Source: a virus. Taken from it: a stretch of 64,000 nucleotides of DNA. Position 1 is the stretch's first letter, and each line of letters starts with the position of its first letter. Under the pieces are notes generated by a model. That model did not search any database, was not told where the DNA came from, and saw only the letters and a list, made by a program, of their open reading frames with translations. Shown in pieces: positions 22,984-31,022 of this stretch. The stretch is taken from positions 7,553 through 71,552 of the IMG/VR virus record IMGVR_UViG_3300032032_000003. The stretch is one strand, 5' to 3'. The translations under genes and the position numbers were made by a program.

Positions 22984-23592
22984 CTACCAGTCGAAATCTG
23001 GTAACTCTAAATTAAAAAATTCTTTGGCTTGATCCTTCACTCTTGTTTTTACATCTATATTAATTTTTGGTTTTTTATAAACCGGGATAGAGCCGCCCTT
23101 TAATATTGCTGCAGGGTCTATATCTGGGAAAGAAGTAGGTGTCGCTTTAACTACAACCTCAACCCCCTCTTTCTCAACATTTGGAATCTGTTTACAAAGC
23201 TGTTCTAAAGTTACTGCCCCTGTTCTTAATGCGGATTCTAAATCATCGAAATTTTTAACATCACCTAAGTCTATATCGCCCCACTTGTCTTTTAAGTATT
23301 CAAGATTAGTTTCGATTACATCTTTATTAACTCCTACTAATAGGACAAGTTTTAAAAAGTCTGCAACATCTTCATGTAAATTCTTATCTGCTGCATCCAT
23401 AACCTTATTTAAAATACTAGGGATCATGTTTTCCATGGAGCCTATTACAGAATTAATATCTTCTAAGGCATCGTTCTTTATTTCATTTAACTTTCCTAAA
23501 GGCGATGCGTCAATAGCTGCGTCGAATTTATCCTCGGCTGCTGCTACTTTGTCTGCAAGTTCTTTTAATTTTTCGCTAGGTCCGCAACTCAT
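22984..23592 (-). CDS. Hypothetical protein between gp5 and gp25
   Basis: 202-aa helical ORF in the baseplate operon. Confidence 0.7.
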   Translation of the reverse strand: MSCGPSEKLKELADKVAAAEDKFDAAIDASPLGKLNEIKNDALEDINSVIGSMENMIPSILNKVMDAADKNLHEDVADFLKLVLLVGVNKDVIETNLEYLKDKWGDIDLGDVKNFDDLESALRTGAVTLEQLCKQIPNVEKEGVEVVVKATPTSFPDIDPAAILKGGSIPVYKKPKINIDVKTRVKDQAKEFFNLELPDFDW

Positions 23593-23595
23593 ATC

Positions 23596-25173
23596 TTATC
23601 CATTTGGTGTTGAAGTTTCTTGTGATCCAGGAGTTGGTGAGCTTGCTCCGCCAGTTCCAGGTACCTCTGTATGCGTATGCTGTGTATGTGTAATTCCTGC
23701 TACTGTAATCTCGCCTCCACTATAAGTAATATCTGCTGTTGGAGATGTTAGTTTATGTGTTCCACCTATTGTTTCTGTGAGGGTACTGCCTATTGTATCT
23801 GATTTAGTTGTAGCCACATCTAATATTTGATCTGCTAATGTTTTAATTGTCATTGTAGAACCTGATCCTACTTCCATTAAACCACTTGCAGCTAGATAAA
23901 CATTGCCTCCTGCTAATGCTCTATATGTTCCGCCTGCTGAGATAACTACATTTTCTTTAACACTTTTTAAATCTTTGTTATATGTTTTATTAACTGTTTC
24001 AGCAACAGAATCTATTCTGTTTTTTGCTACACTAATTGTTTGATTTCCTATTATTGTTTCGGTGTCGTCTTTTGCTACACGGGCTGTTCTATTTCCTTTA
24101 ATTGATTGTGTTACATCTGTTCCAACGACTTTAATATCGTTGCCATTTATCTTTGTAACTCTTGATCCAAGAATAGATAAGAAATAATCTCCTTCTACTT
24201 CTTCGTATTTGTCTCCTGTTACAAGCAATTTAGCGTCGCCTTCTATTGTAACGTTACATGATCCTCTTATAAGAACATTATTATCCTTAGCAATAATTTC
24301 ATACTTATCGCCTACAATGTTTGTAACCTTTGTTCCATCATTTTGAATTTCATGGTTTGTACCTGATGGGTGGTATTCGTGAATTCTTCTATTTGTCTCT
24401 GTATTGTCTATTTCAAATACATGTCCGGCTCTTGTTTCTTTAACTGTATTAAATGGATATAAAGAAGTCCAGTCTTTATCTTCTGGCTCTGGACTACTAC
24501 CCTCTCTTAATTTTTGAGCTGCGTCAAAGTATTCGGCTTCGTCTTTTGATTTTCCTCTTGGGTGTGGTTCATCCCAAGTTTTTCCTTCGTAATCTTTTCC
24601 TGTTATATCATCTAATATAGAGTCGCCGGTTTCTTCTGATACTGACGGCGCTCTTGCTGTGCGTATTTCTGTGTCTCTTTGCTCTCTTCTATTGATTAGA
24701 GAGTGATGAGTTTCTGCTGCTTCATTTCTAGCAAGCCTGGAAACATCAGGTTCTCCTACTCCTGCAAATCCTTCATCAGGATCGTCTGGAAGTCTAGGGA
24801 ACCTTCCTGTTGGGTCCATAAATCCTGAGATATCATTGAGCTCTGGTTTGGATGCTGGCTTGCCTGCTATAGTCCCCAGGATCATAGGGATTTGTCCTTC
24901 TTCGCCGTCTGCAAAGAAACCTATAACTGTTGAGCCTTGTAATAATGAATGGTTTTCCATTATTCCATTTACACCCGCACTTGTAACAGAATGTAATGGA
25001 ATAGCATATGGTAATTGTTTTACAGGTAATGTTTGTTTGTTTCCTGTGTGATATCCTGTTATTCTAACTTTAACTCTACCGGCACACGTAGGATCATTGT
25101 TGTCTTCAACAACACCTAACCACCAAATAAAATCTGGTATATTTAATTTACCGTAATTTTTTAAATTTGACAT
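23596..25173 (-). CDS. gp5: Baseplate hub/central spike without a lysozyme domain
   Basis: OB-fold WWLGVVED.NDP...GRVKVRI.G.H, GFF.DG...Q.PMILGT; YPFN.V.ET..GH..E.D.T....RI..YH.SGT; beta-helix repeats; C-terminal HTH motif. Confidence 0.9.
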   Translation of the reverse strand: MSNLKNYGKLNIPDFIWWLGVVEDNNDPTCAGRVKVRITGYHTGNKQTLPVKQLPYAIPLHSVTSAGVNGIMENHSLLQGSTVIGFFADGEEGQIPMILGTIAGKPASKPELNDISGFMDPTGRFPRLPDDPDEGFAGVGEPDVSRLARNEAAETHHSLINRREQRDTEIRTARAPSVSEETGDSILDDITGKDYEGKTWDEPHPRGKSKDEAEYFDAAQKLREGSSPEPEDKDWTSLYPFNTVKETRAGHVFEIDNTETNRRIHEYHPSGTNHEIQNDGTKVTNIVGDKYEIIAKDNNVLIRGSCNVTIEGDAKLLVTGDKYEEVEGDYFLSILGSRVTKINGNDIKVVGTDVTQSIKGNRTARVAKDDTETIIGNQTISVAKNRIDSVAETVNKTYNKDLKSVKENVVISAGGTYRALAGGNVYLAASGLMEVGSGSTMTIKTLADQILDVATTKSDTIGSTLTETIGGTHKLTSPTADITYSGGEITVAGITHTQHTHTEVPGTGGASSPTPGSQETSTPNG

Positions 25174-26612
25174 TATAAATTTGCTCCTACTACACTATCA
25201 TTTATTTCACCTAACGATTTTGCTAAACCATTTTTAACTATTTCTACTTTCATTGTATGTCTTGATCTATCAAACTTATGCCTAATAGCAGTTATTAAAT
25301 AATTGCCTGTTAATATAGGATCGACTAAATCATCATACGTTGCGTCTGCAGGTTTGTCCCCCGCGTTTGGATAAACCATTTTAATAAGTTTGCCTACTTC
25401 TATGTCTGTTCTTCCTGGCAAATCTATTTCAAAAGTATAGTCGTTAAATGAATTAAAATAAACTTGTCTAAATAAGTTGTTAGCCAATACTGCTGGGTTA
25501 GCTGCGGCACCATACTTACCTTCTACTAAACCACCTTGCATACCCGTAAACATAACTTGATTTAAATATTTAATATTTACAAATGAATATGGATTACGTT
25601 GTATGCCTCCAGGTATTGGAATTCCTATGTCTGTATGAACGAAATTGCTAAATTGATCTCTACCATCTAATGTAACTTCTGTCTGTTCTTTTGTAAACAA
25701 ATCGTAAGCTATTGTGGATGCTGAATAATAACCACTATCTTGTCCATCTAATATATCAATTGTTCTAGGCACTTGTATTGATTCTATTTTACTAAAAGAA
25801 TCTGGAAGTTGTTGGGCTAAAAAAGTCTCGCCTCCTCCACGCACAGGAACCTTTAAGTTGGGTGGAGCATAAACAAACTCTTCAAATAGCCCTACGTCTA
25901 ATTGAGCTTGTATTAAGTTTTGTATTGATGTTAAATAAAATGCTTTATTAGATTCATAAAATACATAGTCTGAACCCACATGCTTATTTCCCTGGCACTT
26001 CTTGCTTATGAACTGCATATTTTGCATGGGTGTCCAAAAGTTAGAAGTGTATTGTATTTTAGAAGTGTGAGGGGTATCCCCTATAATAAAATCTGTTTGA
26101 GTTTTTGGATTATCAATTCTTCTATATTCTTGTATGTGATCAAGATATATTTTTTCAGCTATCTGATCAGTTGTTCTTTCTGTGCCTGGAGCACCATACG
26201 ATTGTGTAATACTTCTCGATTGATCGTTGATTGCTTCAATAGAACAAAAATTTAATGTGTATGTTTGCTCTCTGTCATTATTCAGTTTTCTGTTTTCAAT
26301 AGAATAAATTTGGAATGATTTTTCTATTATATTATCTGCTCTATCTTCTAATGTTGCTGTTCTATATTTCATAACAAGAACTTCGCCGCCCCTAATAGGC
26401 CACTTGGATATTGCATTAACAGCATCTGTAACTTGTATGGACCCACTTAAAGTAGGGGACCAAATATCTTCACGTAGGATCACCTCAAAAACAAACTTTC
26501 CGGCCTCGTGCATGAGGTCATATTTTGTCATGTCTTGTGTGAGTATGAAAAGCTCATCACATTTGACTTCTCCAGGTTTGGAAATATTTTCTACTGTTGT
26601 CTTGTCATTCAT
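25173..26612 (-). CDS. Baseplate hub protein (gp27-like)
   Basis: EDI.SP.LSG.I...DA, FYES...FY..SI..L, I..PG...I.VG..I, G.YLITAIRH; lies between gp53 and gp5. Confidence 0.75.
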   Translation of the reverse strand: MNDKTTVENISKPGEVKCDELFILTQDMTKYDLMHEAGKFVFEVILREDIWSPTLSGSIQVTDAVNAISKWPIRGGEVLVMKYRTATLEDRADNIIEKSFQIYSIENRKLNNDREQTYTLNFCSIEAINDQSRSITQSYGAPGTERTTDQIAEKIYLDHIQEYRRIDNPKTQTDFIIGDTPHTSKIQYTSNFWTPMQNMQFISKKCQGNKHVGSDYVFYESNKAFYLTSIQNLIQAQLDVGLFEEFVYAPPNLKVPVRGGGETFLAQQLPDSFSKIESIQVPRTIDILDGQDSGYYSASTIAYDLFTKEQTEVTLDGRDQFSNFVHTDIGIPIPGGIQRNPYSFVNIKYLNQVMFTGMQGGLVEGKYGAAANPAVLANNLFRQVYFNSFNDYTFEIDLPGRTDIEVGKLIKMVYPNAGDKPADATYDDLVDPILTGNYLITAIRHKFDRSRHTMKVEIVKNGLAKSLGEINDSVVGANL

Positions 26613-26619
26613 CTCATCA

Positions 26620-27123
26620 CTATTTAACTAATCTAATGTATTGTTGAGTTATATCTTTTAAAAATATTTTGTTTAAAAGATTAATTTGACTCTTTTTAAT
26701 GTTTAGATCAGTTTCATACTCTAAATTTGTAACAGCTAGATAGGTTCCATTTGCTACTAGGACAGAATCCCAATCTACTATAACATCATGATCTTCTGAT
26801 AGCATATAATGGTGGACATCTGTACTATTGCCTACGCCATATTTGTCTTCTACATAAGCATTTAAATTTCTTGTGCTTAGTGGCCAGTCTCTGTGTATGT
26901 CTACTATATTATTAGCAACAAGAACTAACCAATGGTATTTTGTAGAACCATAATATTGTTCAGCAATTATTTCAGGTGTTTCTCCGTCGCCAATATAATG
27001 GCTAATTAAATTAAGTTTGTTCTGGAAATATTTATCTAAATGTACTCTACGAAATATATCTGGAACGATTGTTTTTGTTCCTGCATAAGGATAATACATT
27101 TTTGGAAGTGCTTTAAAATACAT
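26620..27123 (-). CDS. gp53: Baseplate wedge subunit
   Basis: MYF...P...Y, DGETPE.IA..YYG....HWLVL..N.I......WPLS, HHY, EYE...N..K..I.LL. Confidence 0.92.
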   Translation of the reverse strand: MYFKALPKMYYPYAGTKTIVPDIFRRVHLDKYFQNKLNLISHYIGDGETPEIIAEQYYGSTKYHWLVLVANNIVDIHRDWPLSTRNLNAYVEDKYGVGNSTDVHHYMLSEDHDVIVDWDSVLVANGTYLAVTNLEYETDLNIKKSQINLLNKIFLKDITQQYIRLVK

Positions 27124-27124
27124 A

Positions 27125-28390
27125 TTAATAACCTTGTGCTATTCTTACCGCTGTTAATGTTTCTAGTTCTGTAAATGCAAGTTCCATAGTCATTTCTGTT
27201 GGATAACCTTCGGTGCCTTTAAACGTATTAAACATACCATCTGGACCGTAAGTTACTTTACAGCTTGTTAATGCGCAAGATGATATTTTAGGTAAGTTTT
27301 TGTTTCTAAGGCCTTGTTCTCCATGGGTGAATTCTATTGAAAATTCCGCGGGATAAATTAAAAACATATCTCCGGGTGAAGACTCTGGATGCATATGATA
27401 TTTAAAAGTTTCAATTATATCAGCAACCATTTGTGCCTCATTAGAGTTTCTAGGAGCAAAGGTATAATTAAAAGAAAATTTTCTGAAACCCATACTCTTA
27501 AATAACTGCTCTTTATATGGATTGGAAACCTTTTTAGATGTTGCCTCTAATGTTGCTCCAAAATCTGCATCTGCACCTATTGCTTTAGGTACATTGGCAG
27601 CAGCTGCTATTGCGCCCCTGCCTGCGAACTCCGGTGCTTCTGCTAAGTCTGCGAAATCCATTCTACCCGAACCTATCATTCCTGCGATTCCTAAATCTTG
27701 TTCATTCCAATTGGCTGAGTATGCTGCTATTATTGATTGAGGTACATACAAAGAAATGGTTTTTAATAACCTTAATGTAGAAGTATTGTCCGCTACAAGC
27801 GCGGCCACACCAGCTCCAACTAATGCTGTTCCTGCTGTTAATAATGTCTTTCCAAGGTTTGAGCTATCTTTTATAATATTTCCGTTTGCAATACCTGCTG
27901 CTGTACCTAAGGCTGCTGCTAGGGCACCTGTTGCTGCTGCCGCTGTTTCATAAGATTCTGCTTTTGCTCTATTCTCTTTTGTATATTCTTTTGCGTATTC
28001 TTGATTTGCTTCTATTAGTTCTTGCTGCATGCTTGTATTACCCTCAACGGCCATGGCTTGTGTTTCTGCTGCAACAGAGGTTTGTCTAGCATTTATATAA
28101 AATTTAACACCGTTTGGTAATAAAAGTTCGTCTGAATCGGGGTTTTGTTTTTGTAATTCTTGAGGATATCTTAAGGCGTTCGTTCCTGCCCTATTACCAA
28201 TCCCTTCTCCGTTCTTAAAGTCCCAGGTTCTGTTTTTTTCTTTTTGCTGAGCATCTATCATCTCATGATGACTGTCAGCATTTATAGCCAGCTCCTGATT
28301 TTTATCAATCGAAGTTCTATTTGCGATCTGTTGGTCTCGTGCCGCTATCGTTTCGTCGGATCTAAAAAGGTCTCCTGGCCTCCAAGACAT
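27125..28390 (-). CDS. gp48: Baseplate tail-tube cap
   Basis: I.LYVP, NPY.EQLF....FR.F.F.Y.F.PRN..EA..V..II..FK.HM.P, C.L....V.Y, L.F.E.E.LT. Confidence 0.85.
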   Translation of the reverse strand: MSWRPGDLFRSDETIAARDQQIANRTSIDKNQELAINADSHHEMIDAQQKEKNRTWDFKNGEGIGNRAGTNALRYPQELQKQNPDSDELLLPNGVKFYINARQTSVAAETQAMAVEGNTSMQQELIEANQEYAKEYTKENRAKAESYETAAAATGALAAALGTAAGIANGNIIKDSSNLGKTLLTAGTALVGAGVAALVADNTSTLRLLKTISLYVPQSIIAAYSANWNEQDLGIAGMIGSGRMDFADLAEAPEFAGRGAIAAAANVPKAIGADADFGATLEATSKKVSNPYKEQLFKSMGFRKFSFNYTFAPRNSNEAQMVADIIETFKYHMHPESSPGDMFLIYPAEFSIEFTHGEQGLRNKNLPKISSCALTSCKVTYGPDGMFNTFKGTEGYPTEMTMELAFTELETLTAVRIAQGY

Positions 28391-28426
28391 ATAAATACTC
28401 CTAGTTATGTTATATACTTATTTATA
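28390..28426. promoter_or_regulatory. Two crossing late promoters, for gp4 (+, 28390-28397) and gp48 (-, 28419-28426)
   Basis: TATAAATA on each strand within the 35-bp intergenic gap. Confidence 0.75.
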
Positions 28427-28860
28427 TGGTTTACGCCAAAGAAATATATAAAGGCAAGTTTATTCCTCGAAATCCAATAAAGTATCTCGGGGAGTTAAAA
28501 TCTATTGTCTATAGGTCCAGTTATGAATTAAAATTTATGAATTGGTGTGATCTGAACGAGTCTGTTAAAGGTTGGGCATCAGAAGAAGTAGCTATCCCAT
28601 ATCGTAACCCACTAGACAACAAAGTTCACAAATATATGGTTGACTTTTATATAGAAGTAGACAAGAAAAAGTATCTTGTTGAAGTAAAACCCGAAAGATT
28701 CACAAAGCCTCCTGATACACAGAAGAGAAAAACCAAAAGATACCTACAAGAAGTAGCACAATACGGTGTCAATGAGGCCAAATGGAAAAGTGCTAAAGAC
28801 TTTTGTAAAAAACAAAATATGGAATTTATGATTATTACTGAAAAAGATTTGGGTATTTAA
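28426..28860 (+). CDS. gp4: Head completion nuclease
   Basis: YKG.F.P.NP.KY.G....IVYRSS.E..FM.WCD, WASEE..IPY, Y.VDF, EVKP, N.AKW..A, TEK.L. Confidence 0.95.
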   Translation: MVYAKEIYKGKFIPRNPIKYLGELKSIVYRSSYELKFMNWCDLNESVKGWASEEVAIPYRNPLDNKVHKYMVDFYIEVDKKKYLVEVKPERFTKPPDTQKRKTKRYLQEVAQYGVNEAKWKSAKDFCKKQNMEFMIITEKDLGI

Positions 28861-28861
28861 T

Positions 28862-28869
28862 TATAAATA
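28862..28869 (+). promoter_or_regulatory. T4-type late promoter 5 nt upstream of the gp2 ATG
   Basis: TATAAATA-CTATT-ATG. Confidence 0.8.
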
Positions 28870-28874
28870 CTATT

Positions 28875-29465
28875 ATGGCAACACCATTCACAGACATTAG
28901 AATAGAGGCAGGAGACAAAGAACGCTCTGCCGCTTGGTATATGAAAACTGTTCGTAATGTAGCGAGCGGATTAAATCAACCGAATGAGGTGTTTGGTTCA
29001 GACTTAGGTGAATATGCGCAAACATTAGAAATAGGTCAAATGTATGCGTTTAAATATGATCCAAAACATAAGGAAACACTACCATATTATGATACGTTTC
29101 CTTTAGTTATAATATCTGATCCTTTGCCAACAGGTTTTAGTGGAATTAATTTACATTATATTGCTCCTTTAGTAAGGGCTAGATTACTAGGTAAACTTAT
29201 GGATGCCTCAGATTTAGACATAGATGTAAAAAGTAAATTAAATGCACAATGGGGGTTTATAAGAAACTTCAGTAGGTACCCAGAAGTAAGAGGGTCTATT
29301 AAAAAATATTTAACAAATCAGATTTCAGGCAGAATGTATAAAGTAAATCCAGTACATTGGAAGTCAGCAATATTTCTAGACACGCATCAATTTGTTGGTG
29401 CTAGAGCATTTGAAGTATATCAACAGTCTGCTAAAAAACCTGAACGTAAAAGGAGACAAGTATAA
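28875..29465 (+). CDS. gp2: DNA end protector protein
   Basis: G.MY.F.YDPKHK.TLPYYD.FPLV, GINLHY..P..R..LL, KKYL. Confidence 0.93.
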   Translation: MATPFTDIRIEAGDKERSAAWYMKTVRNVASGLNQPNEVFGSDLGEYAQTLEIGQMYAFKYDPKHKETLPYYDTFPLVIISDPLPTGFSGINLHYIAPLVRARLLGKLMDASDLDIDVKSKLNAQWGFIRNFSRYPEVRGSIKKYLTNQISGRMYKVNPVHWKSAIFLDTHQFVGARAFEVYQQSAKKPERKRRQV

Positions 29466-30112
29466 TGGCTCGAGGGGATAAAGCCAAAACCAATTTCCAA
29501 AATTTTTGGGAAAGGATAAAGGTAAGGCCTTTAGCTAGGACTGAACGTTTTGAGTGTGAGTTTCATTTTCCAGACACGATGAGAGATGAAATCACCAAAC
29601 TTAGAGAAAGCATTCCAAGTGGAGATGAGGGTCCTGTTGAATGGCAGTCACCAGCAGACGAAGCAACAATAATGTGTGAAGAAGTACAAATCCCTGGTAT
29701 GGTATTACAAAATAAAGAAATTCCTATAGGTACATGGAACTTTATGAGAAATTCAAACGTCAACTTTTTAGGAAACGAAATTAATATTACGTTTTTAACA
29801 GATCATGATTGGTATTTAAGACATGTATTTGAGCTTTGGATAGATCATTGTGTTGGTAGCACTTCAAAAGAAGTTGCATTTCCAGATGATCAATTTGGAG
29901 AAGTAACAATTAAAATGTTAGATCTCAATGGCGTGGAAAGAACACGATGGAAACTTTATGAAGTCACACCAAAGGTATTAAACTTAGTACCATTGGCGCA
30001 CGGGGGTGTTAGTCTAGCAAGAACTACACTAATTATATCCTCAACATACTGGACGTCTAAAGCAATTAATGTAAGTATGGCTGCTGATAAACATGAGCAG
30101 TCAACAGGATAA
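29465..30112 (+). CDS. Baseplate tail-tube initiator (gp54/gp19-like fold)
   Basis: LAR..RF, MCE.V.IPG, I.ITF..D.D...R..FE.W; lies between gp2 and gp26. Confidence 0.7.
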   Translation: MARGDKAKTNFQNFWERIKVRPLARTERFECEFHFPDTMRDEITKLRESIPSGDEGPVEWQSPADEATIMCEEVQIPGMVLQNKEIPIGTWNFMRNSNVNFLGNEINITFLTDHDWYLRHVFELWIDHCVGSTSKEVAFPDDQFGEVTIKMLDLNGVERTRWKLYEVTPKVLNLVPLAHGGVSLARTTLIISSTYWTSKAINVSMAADKHEQSTG

Positions 30113-30133
30113 ATAATATAATGGAGAAAATAT

Positions 30134-30826
30134 ATGACATTACCTAGGGTGGAAACACCAATATTTGAGGGAACATTAGCCTCGACAAGAGAGACTATTA
30201 AGTTTAGGCCTTTCTTGGTTAAAGAAGAAAAAATTCTTATGTTGGCAAGTGAGTCTGAAGAGTTTAAAGACATGGTTAGTGCGTGTTGTCAAATCGTAAC
30301 AAATTGTTGCGGTGGAAAAATTGATGGATACGACCTTTCAATGTTTGACTTACAAGATTTGTTTGTTCAAATAAGAGCTAAGTCTGTAGGTGAAACAGCA
30401 GACTTTACACTTACCTGTGGTGAGTGTGAAAAGAGAACACCTTATACCTTAGCACTAGAAGAAATGAAAGTACAAGGTTTAGATAACTTGCCCGATGCTT
30501 TTATTAAAGTAAGTGATGAAGTGGGCGTAAATCTAAAATGGCCTAATGCAGGTATTGCAGCACAGGCAGAAGAACTAACCGATGATGAATTGGTTGCTAA
30601 ATGTATTGATTATGTTGTTGATGGGGAAGAAACATTTAGTATAAAAGAATATCCTATAGAAGAAGTTACTTCTTTTATTGAAGATCTTCCGATAGATGCT
30701 ATGGAGAAAATGAGAGAGTTTTTTCAAAGAATGCCTAGATTAGAGCATATTGTGGAATATAAATGTCCACATTGTGAATCTGATAATAAAATTAATATTA
30801 ACGGATACGAACATTTTTTCGGTTAA
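30134..30826 (+). CDS. gp26: Baseplate hub assembly chaperone
   Basis: LP....P.F...L.S....IKFRPFLVKEEKIL, DL..LF.QIRAKSVGE, two CxxC, ends ..G.EHFFG. Confidence 0.92.
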   Translation: MTLPRVETPIFEGTLASTRETIKFRPFLVKEEKILMLASESEEFKDMVSACCQIVTNCCGGKIDGYDLSMFDLQDLFVQIRAKSVGETADFTLTCGECEKRTPYTLALEEMKVQGLDNLPDAFIKVSDEVGVNLKWPNAGIAAQAEELTDDELVAKCIDYVVDGEETFSIKEYPIEEVTSFIEDLPIDAMEKMREFFQRMPRLEHIVEYKCPHCESDNKININGYEHFFG

Positions 30827-31017
30827 CTCTTTCTCAGGAGAGTCTTGGAAATTTTTACAAGACTAATTTCTTGCTTATGCAGGAACATCAGTATAGTTTA
30901 ACGGAGCTAGAAAACATGATGCCGTGGGAGAGAGAAGTTTACGTTTCAATGTTAGTGCAGCATTTAAAGAAGAAAGCGGATAAAAAGAAACAGAGTCAAG
31001 ACTCAGCTAAATGGTAA
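30814..31017 (+). CDS. gp51: Baseplate hub assembly catalyst (gp51-like), not in the ORF track; probably reached by -1 frameshift from gp26
   Basis: The -1 frame reads FFRLTLSQESLGNFYKTNFLLMQEHQYSLTELENMMPWEREVYVSMLVQHLKKK...KW*, the gp51-like signature. The first in-frame ATG (30877) lies inside the conserved region. Confidence 0.85.
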   Translation, partial: FFRLTLSQESLGNFYKTNFLLMQEHQYSLTELENMMPWEREVYVSMLVQHLKKKADKKKQSQDSAKW

Positions 31018-31022
31018 AATAA

